From: Thermodesulfovibrionales bacterium
GTDB lineage: Bacteria > Nitrospirota > Thermodesulfovibrionia > Thermodesulfovibrionales > SM23-35
Direction: 5' to 3'
Length of the DNA stretch: 64,000 nucleotides
NCBI GenBank assembly: GCA_963715195.1
Contig: CAVQRT010000031.1
Span: 160,001-224,000, forward strand
Shown: in pieces, positions 32,807 through 44,405 of the stretch
Layout: every line of letters begins with the position of its first letter
Numbering within the stretch: the stretch's first letter is position 1
Notes under the pieces: generated by a model
Told to the model about the DNA's origin: nothing
Seen by the model: only the letters and a program-made list of their open reading frames with translations
Database searches by the model: none
Program-made: the position numbers and the translations under genes

Positions 32807-33847
32807 ATGCAAATATTAAGCGAAAGAAGCAGTAAAATCCTTTATGCTGTGGTTCAGAGCTATATCAATTACCTTGATCCGGTAGGATCAAGGGTCGTAA
32901 CGAAAAGATATTCCTTCGGTCTTTCACCGGCAACGATCAGAAATATCATGGCTGACCTTGAAGAAATGGGTTTTCTCAAGCAGCCACACACTTCAGCCGG
33001 GAGGGTTCCCACTGACCTTGGCTACAGGTTCTATGTTGATTCCCTGGTAAAAGAAAGCGATCTGAACTCCAACATAGAAATCGAGATTCTTCAGGGACTT
33101 TACAGGAGGCTCGAAATATTGAAAAACAACATAGAGTTATTATTGAGTGAGACGACGAAAAGCCTCTCAATGTTATCTCATTATCTCGGAATTGCAATGT
33201 CCCCAACTCCTGACATGACGACGCTCAGAAAAATAAATCTTCTGAAGTACAATACTGACAAAGTGGCTGTGGTACTCTTTACGGATGAAGGCCTGATAAA
33301 GAACAAAGTCATCCCGATCGACCCTGAAATATCCCAGAAAGATCTCAACAGAATCGCAACATATCTGAATTCCGAATTCTCGGGATACACGTTTGATGAG
33401 ATCAGAATAAAAATTCTGAAAGAGATGTCGAGAGAAAAAATACGGTGCGATCATCTGATTTCGAAAGCGATGAGAATATGCAGGGAAGCACTCTGCTTTC
33501 CCCTGAATGAGCTCTTTATATCTGGATTCTCAGAGGTGCTTGCGTTGCCGGATTTTACGGATCTGAAGGTAATCCGGGAGCTTTCGAAAGCGGTTGAGGA
33601 TAAGCACAACATTATCAAGATACTCGATAAGCTGTCTGAAACGGAGGGTGTGCAGGTTGTCATAGGTTCTGAGAATGAACCGTTTGAAATGAAGAAGCTG
33701 AGTCTCGTTGCCTCGCCATGTATGGAAGGCGACCGTCCGGTCGGTGTTGTCGGTATTATCGGACCGACGAGGATGAACTACGCGAAAGCGATCTATATCG
33801 TAGAGAATACTGCAAAATTTATTTCCACGATGATTACGAGAAGGTAG
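32807..33847 (+). CDS. hrcA: Heat-inducible transcription repressor HrcA
   Basis: SPATIRN.M..LE, QPHTSAGRVPT, IGPTRMNY. Confidence 0.96.
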   Translation: MQILSERSSKILYAVVQSYINYLDPVGSRVVTKRYSFGLSPATIRNIMADLEEMGFLKQPHTSAGRVPTDLGYRFYVDSLVKESDLNSNIEIEILQGLYRRLEILKNNIELLLSETTKSLSMLSHYLGIAMSPTPDMTTLRKINLLKYNTDKVAVVLFTDEGLIKNKVIPIDPEISQKDLNRIATYLNSEFSGYTFDEIRIKILKEMSREKIRCDHLISKAMRICREALCFPLNELFISGFSEVLALPDFTDLKVIRELSKAVEDKHNIIKILDKLSETEGVQVVIGSENEPFEMKKLSLVASPCMEGDRPVGVVGIIGPTRMNYAKAIYIVENTAKFISTMITRR

Positions 33848-33851
33848 CGCG

Positions 33852-34442
33852 GTGAACGAAGACCCGGCCAATGAGGAAAATCCTGTGATGAATGAAGAGC
33901 TGACCGGAGCCCAGGAACCCGAGCACTCAGAAGCAGCGTCTGTTGATGAGACCGAACGACTCACTGCAGAATTGCAGGAAGCCAATGACAAATATCTGCG
34001 TCTCTATGCTGAATTTGAGAATTTTAAAAAAAGGGTTAGCAGAGACAAGGAAGAACTCATCAAGTACGGCAATGAACAGCTCATCGCTGAGCTGCTCCCG
34101 GTGATTGATCACCTTGAAATGGCTCTGGACCATGCTTCGAACGACGTTGCATCAGGGCTTGTTCAGGGGGTTGAGATAACCCTCAGGGAACTGAAAAAGA
34201 CGCTCCGGAAATTCGGGCTTACAGAGATAGAAGCTGAAGGGAAATCTTTTGATCCCTTGATACACCATGCAATGGCCCAGGTTGAGCGGGATGATGTTGA
34301 CGAGAATATGGTTGTGGAAGAATACCGGAAAGGATATATGTTGAATGACAAGGTAATACGGGCAGCGATGGTTGCCGTATCAAAGAAGCCGGCAGAAGAA
34401 GACATCAAGGAAAAAGAGATACATATAAAAGAGGAGGAATGA
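33852..34442 (+). CDS. grpE: Nucleotide exchange factor GrpE
   Basis: [27 protein letters not shown]. Confidence 0.96.
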   Translation: MNEDPANEENPVMNEELTGAQEPEHSEAASVDETERLTAELQEANDKYLRLYAEFENFKKRVSRDKEELIKYGNEQLIAELLPVIDHLEMALDHASNDVASGLVQGVEITLRELKKTLRKFGLTEIEAEGKSFDPLIHHAMAQVERDDVDENMVVEEYRKGYMLNDKVIRAAMVAVSKKPAEEDIKEKEIHIKEEE

Positions 34443-34446
34443 TACT

Positions 34447-36375
34447 ATGGGCAAGGCAGTAGGAATAGATCTCGGAACCACAAATTCTGTCGTAGCGGTT
34501 GTCCAGGCCGGAGATCCCGTGGTTATTGCTAATCAGGAAGGGACAAGGACAACGCCATCTGTTGTAGCCGTAACAGAAAAAGGCGAAAGACTCGTTGGAC
34601 AGATTGCGAAGCGGCAGTCGATAACGAATCCGGAAAACACGATCTTTTCGATTAAGAGACTTATGGGCAGAAAATACAATTCATCCGAGGTTGAACATGC
34701 GCTGAAAAGACTCCCGTACAAAATTGTTGAGGCATCCAATGGTGATGCCCATGTCGAGATCAGGGGAAAGCGCTATTCACCTCCTGAGATTTCTGCAATG
34801 ATTCTGCAGAAACTAAAACAAGCAGCCGAGGACTATCTTGGAGAACCGGTTACCGAAGCGGTTATTACCGTCCCTGCATATTTCGACGACAGTCAGCGGC
34901 AAGCTACGAAGGATGCCGGGAGAATCGCCGGACTGAATGTCCTCAGAATCATCAATGAACCGACAGCTGCGGCACTGGCTTATGGCATGGACAAAAAGAA
35001 AGAAGAAAAGATCGGTGTTTATGACCTCGGAGGCGGAACATTCGACATCTCCATTCTCGAAATCGGGGAAGGTGTCATCGAGGTAAAATCAACAAACGGA
35101 AACACCTATCTGGGCGGTGATGATTTTGACCTCAGGATCATGGACTGGCTTGTGGAAGAATTCAGAAAAGACCAGGGCATCGATCTCAAGAATGACCGGA
35201 TGGCATTGCAAAGATTAAAGGAGGCTGCAGAGAAGGCAAAGATTGAACTTTCGACTGCAACGGAGACGGAAATCAATCTTCCTTTCGTAACGGCTGATGC
35301 TACTGGGCCGAAACACCTGCTCATGAAATTGTCAAGAGCCAAGCTTGAACAACTTGTCGGCGACCTTATTGACGGAACCACCAGCCCCTGCAAAAATGCC
35401 CTTACCGATGCGAATCTCTCTGCATCGAATATCGATGAAATTCTTCTCGTTGGCGGACAAACAAGAACGCCCAAAGTTCAGCAGGTTGTCCAGAGTTTTT
35501 TTGGGAGAGAGCCCAACAAGACGGTGAATCCCGACGAGGTTGTAGCAGTGGGAGCGGCAATCCAGGCTGCTGTTCTCAAGGGAGATGTCAAGGAAGTCCT
35601 GCTCCTCGATGTCACGCCGCTGTCTCTCGGAATCGAGACACTGGGCGGTATCTTCACAAAGATCATCGAGAGAAACACAACAATACCGACAAAGAAAAGT
35701 CAGGTATTTTCGACTGCGACGGATAATCAGCCGGCCGTTTCGATTAAGGTATGTCAGGGTGAACGGGAGATGGCTGCTGACAACAAACTCCTCGGCAATT
35801 TCGAACTCATCGGTATACCGCCTGCACCGCGGGGTATACCCCAAGTTGAGGTCACTTTCGATATCGACGCAAACGGAATACTTCATGTCTCTGCCAAAGA
35901 CCTCGGAACCGGAAAAGAGCAGTCCATTAGGATTACCGCGTCGAGCGGGCTGACCGAGGAAGAGATCAAGAAAGTAAAGCGGGATGCGGAAGCGCATTCG
36001 GATGATGACAAAAGGAAGAAGCAGCTTGCAGAGGCAAAAAATGAAGCCGATACCCTCGTCTACACCGTCGAGAAATCTCTCAAGGAATACGGGGACAAGG
36101 TTACTGAGGCAGAAAAGAAAGAGATTGAAGAGGCGCTGGGAAAATGCAGGCAGGCAAAAGATACCAGCAGTGAAGCATCAGAAATAAAGTCAGCAACAGA
36201 GGATCTGATGACGAAATCACATAAACTGGCGGAGCACATGTATAAAGCAGGGGGCGCTCAGGCAGGTCCGGAGGCCGGACCATCGGAAGCATCCGGTGGT
36301 GCAGGAGCCAAGGGGCCTGAAGAAGAGGTTGTGGAAGCTGAATTCGAAGACGTCGAGAAAGACAAGAATAAGTAG
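34447..36375 (+). CDS. dnaK: Molecular chaperone DnaK
   Basis: [23 protein letters not shown]. Confidence 0.99.
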   Translation: MGKAVGIDLGTTNSVVAVVQAGDPVVIANQEGTRTTPSVVAVTEKGERLVGQIAKRQSITNPENTIFSIKRLMGRKYNSSEVEHALKRLPYKIVEASNGDAHVEIRGKRYSPPEISAMILQKLKQAAEDYLGEPVTEAVITVPAYFDDSQRQATKDAGRIAGLNVLRIINEPTAAALAYGMDKKKEEKIGVYDLGGGTFDISILEIGEGVIEVKSTNGNTYLGGDDFDLRIMDWLVEEFRKDQGIDLKNDRMALQRLKEAAEKAKIELSTATETEINLPFVTADATGPKHLLMKLSRAKLEQLVGDLIDGTTSPCKNALTDANLSASNIDEILLVGGQTRTPKVQQVVQSFFGREPNKTVNPDEVVAVGAAIQAAVLKGDVKEVLLLDVTPLSLGIETLGGIFTKIIERNTTIPTKKSQVFSTATDNQPAVSIKVCQGEREMAADNKLLGNFELIGIPPAPRGIPQVEVTFDIDANGILHVSAKDLGTGKEQSIRITASSGLTEEEIKKVKRDAEAHSDDDKRKKQLAEAKNEADTLVYTVEKSLKEYGDKVTEAEKKEIEEALGKCRQAKDTSSEASEIKSATEDLMTKSHKLAEHMYKAGGAQAGPEAGPSEASGGAGAKGPEEEVVEAEFEDVEKDKNK

Positions 36376-36416
36376 TAAGCAGCAAACGAGTATAGGCAGT
36401 AGGTAAGAAGCTGAAA

Positions 36417-36455
36417 GGGACTGCATCGGCAAGTCGATGCAGTCCCGCTTTATTT
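36417..36455 (+). terminator. Rho-independent terminator/attenuator between dnaK and dnaJ
   Basis: GGGACTGCATCGG-CAAG-TCGATGCAGTCCC followed by GCTTTATTT. Confidence 0.7.
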
Positions 36456-36491
36456 ACGTTCAATCCATTATAATATACACTCGAATTGCAT

Positions 36492-37586
36492 ATGAGAGAC
36501 TATTACGAAACACTGGGTATACCTCGCGATGCATCTGAAGTCGATATCAAAAAGGCATTCCGGCAGCTCGCGATGAAATATCATCCTGACAGAAATCCTG
36601 ACAACAAGGAATCGGAGGATTCTTTCAAGGAAATAAACGAGGCTTACTCATGCCTGATTGATCCTCAGAAAAGAGCACACTACGACAGATTCGGAAGTGC
36701 CGAAGGCCTGGGAGCAGGGTACAGTCCGTTCGGCACCGGGTTTGGTGACATCTTCGACGATATTTTTGGAGATTTCTTCGGGACATTCACAGGACGAAAA
36801 CCGAGGCCTGCAAAAGGCAATGACCTGAGATATGATCTTGAGATAACGCTCATGGAAGCTGCCTTTGGCACCGAAAAGGTGATCGAGATCCCCCGGTGGG
36901 AATTCTGCAGCAATTGCAATGGATCCGGTTCCGCCCCTGGAAAGACACCATCTGCGTGTCCAAACTGCAAGGGAGCAGGGCAAATACGGATCCAGCAGGG
37001 ATTCTTCAGTATTTCCAGAACCTGTGACCGGTGCGGGGGTGCCGGCAGGATCATCACGGATCCCTGCAAGGCATGCAAGGGTCAGGGGAGGATGCGGACC
37101 TTTAAGAGCATTTCGGTGAAGATGCCGGGTGGTGTGGATACCGGCTCAAGGCTCCGCATGTCCGGTGAAGGAGAGTTGGGAGTCCACGGTGGTCCGCGTG
37201 GTGATTTATATATTTATCTCAATGTAGAGGAGCATTCGTTTTTCAAGAGAGACGGAAACAACCTGTTCTGTGAAGTGCCTGTTTCTTTTCCCCAGGCAGC
37301 GTTGGGTTCAGAAATCGAAGTTCCCACGATCGACGGGACTCATAAGATCAAAGTCCCTGCCGGAACTCCTTCAGGCAGGATTTTCCATATCAAGGGGAAG
37401 GGTGTTCAGAAACTCGGCGGAAGCCACAGGGGCGACCAGGTTGTCAGGGTCTACGTGGATGTCCCGAAAAACATAACACAGCGCCAGAGAGAATTGCTTG
37501 AGGAATTCGCCCAATTGACCGGTGATGAAGTCAACAAGTCCTTCAAGGAAAAAATCAAGGACCTTTTCACCGGTGCGGAAAAATGA
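36492..37586 (+). CDS. dnaJ: Molecular chaperone DnaJ
   Basis: HPD J domain, four CxxCxGxG repeats; follows dnaK. Confidence 0.97.
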   Translation: MRDYYETLGIPRDASEVDIKKAFRQLAMKYHPDRNPDNKESEDSFKEINEAYSCLIDPQKRAHYDRFGSAEGLGAGYSPFGTGFGDIFDDIFGDFFGTFTGRKPRPAKGNDLRYDLEITLMEAAFGTEKVIEIPRWEFCSNCNGSGSAPGKTPSACPNCKGAGQIRIQQGFFSISRTCDRCGGAGRIITDPCKACKGQGRMRTFKSISVKMPGGVDTGSRLRMSGEGELGVHGGPRGDLYIYLNVEEHSFFKRDGNNLFCEVPVSFPQAALGSEIEVPTIDGTHKIKVPAGTPSGRIFHIKGKGVQKLGGSHRGDQVVRVYVDVPKNITQRQRELLEEFAQLTGDEVNKSFKEKIKDLFTGAEK

Positions 37587-37614
37587 AAAAAACAGGGACC
37601 CTTTGTAATCTGCC

Positions 37615-38376
37615 GTGGTAAGACTTTTCCTGCCGTCAGCCCGTCTGACAGATGAGAAGCTGTCCATCACGGATGAAAAAGCACATTATCTTTTGTCTGT
37701 CCTCAGATGCCGGGAGGGGGATAACTTCATTATCTTTGACGGAAGGGGCACCTGTTTTCTGGCAGTTATCAGAGAAACCCGGAAGCGGGAAGTTACTGCA
37801 GAGGTTATTGAAACATTCCCCTGCGATCTTGAATCCCCTCTGCACAGCATTCTTGTGCAGGGTATCCTCAAAGGAGAAAAAATGGATATGGTCATCCAAA
37901 AAACCACCGAACTCGGAATCAGCGAAATCGTTCCTGCAGCCACGGAGAGAAGCCAGTTGCGAGATACCAGACGGGTGAAGAGGTGGGAAAAAATAGCTGA
38001 AGAGGCTGCAAGACAGTCAGGAAGAAGCGTGGTCCCCGTTATCCGCGAGCCGGTTGATCTGAGGAATTATTTTACCTCTTCGTTTTCCCATTCGAAGCTT
38101 CAGGGGTTCATATTCTATGAAGAAGGAGGCATGCGACTCTCAGAAGCAGTCAAGGTATTTCCAACGAAAGGAAGGAATACTTCCTCGCCCCTGGTGGAAG
38201 AGGGGGGATTCTTAATCCTGGTAGGGCCCGAAGGCGGTTTTACCAAAGAAGAGGTAATTTGTGCTCAAGAAAGAGGTCTCAGCGTTGTTTCGCTCGGTAA
38301 AAGGGTTCTCAGGGCCGAGACGGCAGCTATTTCTGCAGTAACCCTTGTTCAGTATCTTTTCGGTGATATGGGTTAA
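37615..38376 (+). CDS. rsmE: 16S rRNA m3U1498 methyltransferase
   Basis: QKTTELG, EAARQSGR, VGPEGGF, LRAETA. Confidence 0.95.
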   Translation: MVRLFLPSARLTDEKLSITDEKAHYLLSVLRCREGDNFIIFDGRGTCFLAVIRETRKREVTAEVIETFPCDLESPLHSILVQGILKGEKMDMVIQKTTELGISEIVPAATERSQLRDTRRVKRWEKIAEEAARQSGRSVVPVIREPVDLRNYFTSSFSHSKLQGFIFYEEGGMRLSEAVKVFPTKGRNTSSPLVEEGGFLILVGPEGGFTKEEVICAQERGLSVVSLGKRVLRAETAAISAVTLVQYLFGDMG

Positions 38377-38534
38377 TCTTTTTCCCGAATGGATGTAATC
38401 CTCTCTACAGGGATCACAACCCATCCTGTTTCTGATTCAAGATGGACTTCCTCTTCACCCACCTCGATGAGTTTCCCTGTATACATCGTCTCCACAGTTT
38501 CAACAGTCACAAGCCTCCCGATGAGTTCTATCAT
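38373..38534 (-). CDS. Small beta-rich protein, Sm/LSm-like pattern
   Basis: LIGRLVTVET..YTGKLIEV..EVHLE...IPVERITSI; RBS GAGGTG. Confidence 0.55.
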   Translation of the reverse strand: MIELIGRLVTVETVETMYTGKLIEVGEEEVHLESETGWVVIPVERITSIREKD

Positions 38535-38604
38535 ACCGGCCACCTCACTGCCAGACAATAACGCGGGGAAATTGTTCTCTTGTTCATCTCCTTATGCTTT
38601 CCAT

Positions 38605-40269
38605 TTACTGGAGGGTATACCGGGGCCCGCCTCCGCCCTCCGGCAGGTTCCAGATGATGTTTTCAAACGGACATTTGAGATCGCAGGTTTTGCAGTGGAG
38701 ACAATTGCTGAAATTCACCCGTATCGCATCATGTTCCAGTTCATAGACCCCGGCAGGGCAGAATACGGTGCAGGGCGCTCTATAATCGGCAATACACGTT
38801 TTGCATACTGATTCATCTTTTAACAGGATGTGGCTTTTCTGTTTTTCGTCATGTGTTGTGCCGGAGAAATAGACGTCAGTTAATTTGCTCACAACAATCC
38901 TGTCATCTGCCCGCGGCAATGCTTCAGGTGACCTATTGCCGTAAAAATGTTTCATATCTCTGGTCGTCGAATAATCAGGTTTTGTTTTCAGATCACCGAT
39001 GGGTGTAGAGCCACCGGCAAGAATCTGGAATCCAAGCAGGGGCCCCCCCGGAAACGGAATTCCCATTGCAACTGCGGGGGTGAAGTTGCGGCTTTCCCTG
39101 AGATCCGAGTATATCCAGCTGTTTTTCAATTTTTCTTCGTATTTCGACAATTGGTGAGCCGAGAAATCGTTCGTCCTGAGTGCTTCAAAGAGGACTTCAG
39201 CCGCGAGCATGCCCGATTTTATCGCTGTATGAAGCCCTTTGAGCTTTCGGGAATCGACAAGGTTTGCGGAGTCTCCGGTTATCATCACTCCCTCGGAAGT
39301 GAGTTTCGGTATTGAGAAATACCCACCGCAGGGCAGCGTACGTGCACCGTAATGAGTGGGCTTTCCGTCTTTGATAATGTTGAAAATAAACGGATGCTGC
39401 TTGTATTTTTGTAGTTCCTTGTGAGGATCGAACTGCGGATCTTCGGAACTGAGATGGGCGATAAGCCCAACGACAACCTGAGTTTCGGAAATGCAATACA
39501 TAAATCCACCGCCCGAAAGTCCTTTCCGGAAGGGATATCCAGAGGTATGGATACATTCCCCCTTTTTGAGCGGGTTGCTTTTGAGCTCGTAAATCTCTTT
39601 CACGCCGAGTTCATAGATGGAAGGCGCCTTGTTCTTATCAAGGTGTAGTTTTTCGGTGATGCTTTTGCGCAATGAGCCGTTGCTCCCCTCTCCCAGCACA
39701 ACGGCTTTTGATTTGAGAATATAACCGGGCGTTTCGTATTCCCCGTTTTCCAACAGACGCTTGTCGTCTGTCCTGACGCCGCTTACCCGATTTCCTTCGT
39801 ACAGTATTTCGACCGCTGCCGTCCCCTCAAGCATCATCACTTTGCTTTTTTCAGCAATTGAAGAGAGCCACTTGGTAAATTTGGAAAGCGACAGAAGATA
39901 ATTTCCGTGATTGGTCAGAAATTTCGGGGTAAAAGGTAATTTGAACTTCCCCTGTTCGGTCAAAAAATATAAAGCTTCGCCGGTCACCTCCGCGTCTATG
40001 GGGCAGCCGCGTTCCTTATGATCGGGCAAGAGTTCTGAAAGTGCATCCGGAATGAGCACTGCTCCGGAGATATTGTGCGCTCCGAAATACGCGCCTTTCT
40101 CAAGAACGGCAATTTTATCTTCGATGTCGATTTTCTCACCTTGGAGCTTTCCATTTTCAATATCTCCGTTGTATTTTTCTATGAGATTCATGAGATGAAT
40201 TGCGCTGCTCAAATTGGCAGGCCCCCCACCGACATAGATAACATCGAATTCTATTACTTCGCGTTCCAA
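38605..40269 (-). CDS. Electron transfer flavoprotein-quinone oxidoreductase (FixC+FixX-like)
   Basis: VGGGPAN FAD motif, GDSA, C-terminal CPAGVYE/NCLHCKTC ferredoxin, PEGGGGP. Confidence 0.9.
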   Translation of the reverse strand: MEREVIEFDVIYVGGGPANLSSAIHLMNLIEKYNGDIENGKLQGEKIDIEDKIAVLEKGAYFGAHNISGAVLIPDALSELLPDHKERGCPIDAEVTGEALYFLTEQGKFKLPFTPKFLTNHGNYLLSLSKFTKWLSSIAEKSKVMMLEGTAAVEILYEGNRVSGVRTDDKRLLENGEYETPGYILKSKAVVLGEGSNGSLRKSITEKLHLDKNKAPSIYELGVKEIYELKSNPLKKGECIHTSGYPFRKGLSGGGFMYCISETQVVVGLIAHLSSEDPQFDPHKELQKYKQHPFIFNIIKDGKPTHYGARTLPCGGYFSIPKLTSEGVMITGDSANLVDSRKLKGLHTAIKSGMLAAEVLFEALRTNDFSAHQLSKYEEKLKNSWIYSDLRESRNFTPAVAMGIPFPGGPLLGFQILAGGSTPIGDLKTKPDYSTTRDMKHFYGNRSPEALPRADDRIVVSKLTDVYFSGTTHDEKQKSHILLKDESVCKTCIADYRAPCTVFCPAGVYELEHDAIRVNFSNCLHCKTCDLKCPFENIIWNLPEGGGGPRYTLQ

Positions 40270-40407
40270 GCTGTTAAGCCCCTTATCTGTAAGGTAATCA
40301 TTGAGTCAGGCCGTTCAAGTGGGCCGATAGAAAATATGTACCATTATACAGAATTCACAGAATGATTGGTAACACGCACTCAAGGTGGCGATATTCCCAA
40401 GTATTCT

Positions 40408-40440
40408 GAGCGGGTTCAGGGTTTAAATCTGAACCCGCTC
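40408..40440 (-). terminator. Strong hairpin downstream of glnA
   Basis: GAGCGGGTTCAG-N9-CTGAACCCGCTC; no clear U-tract. Confidence 0.5.
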
Positions 40441-40461
40441 TCTCCTGCGAACGGTAAATTT

Positions 40462-41874
40462 TTAGATATCGTAGTACAGGAAAAACTCATACGGGTGCGG
40501 TCTGAGCCTCAGCGCATCCACCTCACGTGATCTTTTGTACCCCAGCCACATCTGGATCACATCCTCGGTAAACACATCTCCCTTTTTGAGGAAGTCGTGA
40601 TCTTTTTCGAGGGCGTCAAGGGCATCCTCCAGAGAACCCGGAAGGCTCGGAACGTTGGCCAGTTCCTCCGGTCCGAGTTCATAGATATCCTTGTCAAGCG
40701 GCTCACCCGGATCAATCTTGTTCTCTATACCGTCAAGTCCGGCCATGAGCATTGCGGAAAAAGCGAGGTACGGGTTACATGAGGGGTCAGGGAACCGAAC
40801 CTCAACCCTCTTTGCCTTCGGGCTTGGAGAATACATCGGGATTCGGATGGCTGCTGATCTGTTCCGGCTGGAATATGCGAGGTTGATTGGTGCCTCATAA
40901 CCCGGCACCAGTCTTTTATATGAATTCGTTGTTGGGGCGACGAATGCGGCGAGAGCAGCAGAATGTTTCAGGATGCCGCCGATATAATAGAGTGCAAGGT
41001 CTGAAAGCCCTGCATAACCGTTGCCGACAAAGAGAGGCTTGCCGCCTTTCCAGAGGCTCTGGTGGGTATGCATGCCTGATCCATTGTCACCGAAGAGCGG
41101 CTTTGGCATCAGGGTTACAGTCTTCCCGTGCCGAAGTGCTACGTTTTTAATAATATACTTGTACATTACCAGCTTGTCTGCCATATTGACTATAGGGGAA
41201 AATCTCATATCGATTTCACACTGGCCCCCAGTTGCTACCTCATGATGCTGGGCTTCGACGGTAATCCCTGCCTTTTCGAGTTCGAGCACCATTTCGGTGC
41301 GGATGTCCTGCAATTTGTCCATCGGCGGCACGGGGAAATAGCCTTCCTTGTGTCTCGGCTTGTAGGCGAGATTCGGGCCTTCCTCTCTCCCTGAGTTCCA
41401 GATACCTTCAATGGAATCAACAAAATAAAATGCACTGTTTGCAGTCTGGTCGAAACGCACATCATCAAAAATGAAAAACTCTGCTTCCGGGCCAAAATAT
41501 GCAGTGTCCGCTACCCGCGTAGATTTCATATAAGCTTCCGCCTTCTGAGCAACATACCGCGGGTCTCTTGAGTACGGCTCTTTGGTTATCGGGTCGACGA
41601 CATTACAAATGAGGCTGAGTGTCGGATGCTGGGTGAAGGGGTCCATGACTGCTGTTGACGGATCAGGGATCACCAGCATATCGCTCATATGGATCGCCTG
41701 CCATCCCCTGATGGAAGAACCGTCAAATCCAAGCCCGTTTTCAAACATGTCCTCTGAAAGTTCTTTGATAGGTACGGAAAAGTGCTGCCAGAGGCCCGGG
41801 AAATCCATAAACTTCAGATCAACCATTACTGCCTTGTTCTTCTTTGCGAGTTCCATTACTTCTTTTGTTGTCAT
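40462..41874 (-). CDS. glnA: Glutamine synthetase type I
   Basis: [29 protein letters not shown], adenylylation-site DIYEL. Confidence 0.98.
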   Translation of the reverse strand: MTTKEVMELAKKNKAVMVDLKFMDFPGLWQHFSVPIKELSEDMFENGLGFDGSSIRGWQAIHMSDMLVIPDPSTAVMDPFTQHPTLSLICNVVDPITKEPYSRDPRYVAQKAEAYMKSTRVADTAYFGPEAEFFIFDDVRFDQTANSAFYFVDSIEGIWNSGREEGPNLAYKPRHKEGYFPVPPMDKLQDIRTEMVLELEKAGITVEAQHHEVATGGQCEIDMRFSPIVNMADKLVMYKYIIKNVALRHGKTVTLMPKPLFGDNGSGMHTHQSLWKGGKPLFVGNGYAGLSDLALYYIGGILKHSAALAAFVAPTTNSYKRLVPGYEAPINLAYSSRNRSAAIRIPMYSPSPKAKRVEVRFPDPSCNPYLAFSAMLMAGLDGIENKIDPGEPLDKDIYELGPEELANVPSLPGSLEDALDALEKDHDFLKKGDVFTEDVIQMWLGYKRSREVDALRLRPHPYEFFLYYDI

Positions 41875-41930
41875 ATGTTTTTCCTCCTTTGAATTATTCC
41901 TAAGATTTCAAATGTCGCTAACCCTTAATT

Positions 41931-41967
41931 CCCCCTCGCCCTTACCCTCTCCCACCAGGGGAGAGGT
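41931..41967. repeat. REP-like palindrome (CCCTCTCCC...GGGAGAGG family)
   Basis: CCCCCTCGCCCTTACCCTCTCCCACCAGGGGAGAGG; relative at 44343-44366. Confidence 0.6.
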
Positions 41968-42059
41968 ATTATCCTTCCCGATATCGAGAGAAGTGTAATG
42001 TCGCTCTCTTTTTGTGAGGGTAAAAAAAGATTCTGTCCATCACCTCCTGTAGAGAATAT

Positions 42060-43400
42060 TTATCTTGAATATCCGGTCTCGCCGTGCTGCGAAATATCGA
42101 GTCCGTGCAGTTCTGATTCCTGGTCAATCCTCAGGCCAATAAATGTATCGATTATTTTCAGGAGAATCACGGTCGCAATAAATGAATAGACTGCGGTAAC
42201 TGCCATTGCAGTCATCTGTGATGCAAGCAACTGGTGATTCCCGAACAACAATCCATTGCTTCCTGCGGGGTTGATGAGTGTCGATGCAAAGATACCCGTT
42301 GCAAAGGTCCCCACAAATCCGCCAACACCGTGCACACCGAAGGCATCAAGAGAATCGTCATAACCGAGATTTTTCTTCATGTTCAGGGAAAGATAGCAAA
42401 CTGCACCTGCTGCGAGACCTATGATTAAGGAAGACATAGGGCTCACAAATCCCGCAGCCGGAGTTATTGTCGCAAGTCCTGCAATCGAACCGGTTGCAGC
42501 ACCAAACATTGTCGGTTTTCCTCTGTGTATCCATTCGATGAGCACCCAGATAAGCGTGGCTGAGACGGCAGAAGTATGCGTTGCGACAAATGCCATGGTA
42601 CTTAACGTGCCGGCGGACAGAGCGCTTCCCGCATTGAATCCGAACCATCCAAACCAGAGCAGACCTGCGCCCAGAACGGTCATGGGAAGATTATGCGGGT
42701 ACATGGCTTCCTGTAAATATCCTTTTCTTTTTCCGATGATCAATGCTGCGGCAAGGGCTGAAATTCCCGATATAAGATGAACAACAATACCACCGGCGAA
42801 ATCAAGGGCTCCCATCTTTTTCAACCATCCACCGGTACCCCAAACCCAGTGAGCGACCGGGTCGTAGACAAGGGTTGACCACAGGAGTATGAACAGGAGA
42901 TACGCTGAAAATTTCATTCGCTCCGCGAATGCCCCGGTGATGAGTGCAGGTGTAATTACCGCAAACATTGCCTGGTACATCATAAATGCGATGTGCGGAA
43001 CAGTCGGCGCATAATCAGGATTCGGCTCGATTCCGACACCATTCAATCCGATCCAGTCAAGGCTTCCGATGATCCCGTTTATGTCAGGGCCAAACGAGAG
43101 ACTGTATCCAACCAGTATCCACTGAACGCTTATCAGCGCAATCGCAACGAAACTCTGCATGATCGTACCGAGCACATTTTTTCCCCTCACCATGCCACCG
43201 TAAAAGAGCGCGAGCCCCGGAGTCATGAGCATCACGAGAGCTGTTGATATCAGTATCCAGGCAGTATCTCCCGTATCAACTGACGCTGCAGTCACAGCAG
43301 GAGCAACGTGCGTTGTTGCACCCGGCAGGTCTTCCCCAGACACAATGACCGGGAGAACCAGGAAAATGACTATTGAAAGGAAAATAAAGAATTTCGCCAT
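42060..43400 (-). CDS. amtB: Ammonium transporter
   Basis: [38 protein letters not shown] 43400 after AGGAGG. Confidence 0.96.
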   Translation of the reverse strand: MAKFFIFLSIVIFLVLPVIVSGEDLPGATTHVAPAVTAASVDTGDTAWILISTALVMLMTPGLALFYGGMVRGKNVLGTIMQSFVAIALISVQWILVGYSLSFGPDINGIIGSLDWIGLNGVGIEPNPDYAPTVPHIAFMMYQAMFAVITPALITGAFAERMKFSAYLLFILLWSTLVYDPVAHWVWGTGGWLKKMGALDFAGGIVVHLISGISALAAALIIGKRKGYLQEAMYPHNLPMTVLGAGLLWFGWFGFNAGSALSAGTLSTMAFVATHTSAVSATLIWVLIEWIHRGKPTMFGAATGSIAGLATITPAAGFVSPMSSLIIGLAAGAVCYLSLNMKKNLGYDDSLDAFGVHGVGGFVGTFATGIFASTLINPAGSNGLLFGNHQLLASQMTAMAVTAVYSFIATVILLKIIDTFIGLRIDQESELHGLDISQHGETGYSR

Positions 43401-43436
43401 ATCCCCTCCTTTTGAATTATGATTCCAGGGAGAGCA

Positions 43437-43530
43437 TATATCTAAAAACATGCCAGTTGTAACACATTGATTTATAGCCATAATTTAATGCGCGTTTTCT
43501 TTGTTGCCGAAAAATACTACACTTTTGTCG
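43437..43530 (-). promoter_or_regulatory. sigma54-type promoter with IHF site and upstream activator site
   Basis: Minus strand CTGGCATGTTTTTAGATATA; IHF consensus AATCAATGTGTTA (43460-43472); CTACA-N4-TGTCG (43517-43530). Confidence 0.7.
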
Positions 43531-43601
43531 GTAGAGATTTGTTCATCACTACTCCATGTCTCTGATAGATCTATTTAAATACTTGGCATGAGTCCATGTT
43601 A

Positions 43602-43675
43602 TGTCATCCTCCGGCTTGACTGGGGGATCCAGAATGTATTGAAAACAATGGATTCCCGCCTTCGCGGGAATGATA
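43602..43675. repeat. REP-like paired palindromic element
   Basis: TGTCATCCTCCGGCTTGACTGGGGGATCCA...TGGATTCCCGCCTTCGCGGGAATGATA. Confidence 0.8.
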
Positions 43676-43753
43676 ACTCTCTGGAAAAACCATGGGTTAC
43701 AAACAGACTATGTGGCGCCATTTTCTTAAATCCATAGGATATATGCAGAAATC

Positions 43754-43784
43754 ATACAATTTTGTAGCTTCTACAATTTTGTCG
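43754..43784. promoter_or_regulatory. Tandem putative enhancer sites ACA-N4-TGT
   Basis: ATACAATTTTGTAG and CTACAATTTTGTCG, 17 bp apart. Confidence 0.6.
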
Positions 43785-43854
43785 GAGAACTTCCGGAGGG
43801 TAAGAAACTCAGGGACTCAAATATCAATATGATTTTATTCATAAGGTTGTATTT

Positions 43855-43944
43855 TGTCATTGTCCGGCTTGACCGGACAATCCAGTAACGCGATCCTTGC
43901 GAGATTGAAAACACTGAATTCCCCGATCAAGTCGTGGAATGACA
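43855..43944. repeat. REP-like paired palindromic element
   Basis: TGTCATTGTCCGGCTTGACCGGACAATCCAG...CCCCGATCAAGTCGTGGAATGACA; close to 11253 copy. Confidence 0.85.
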
Positions 43945-43971
43945 GAAAACCTAAATCTTAATGGATAATAC

Positions 43972-44352
<381 letters not shown>

Positions 44353-44405
44353 TCAAGGGGAAGGGTTTATAAGATATCTTTTCCCTACATACTATCTACT
44401 TTTTT

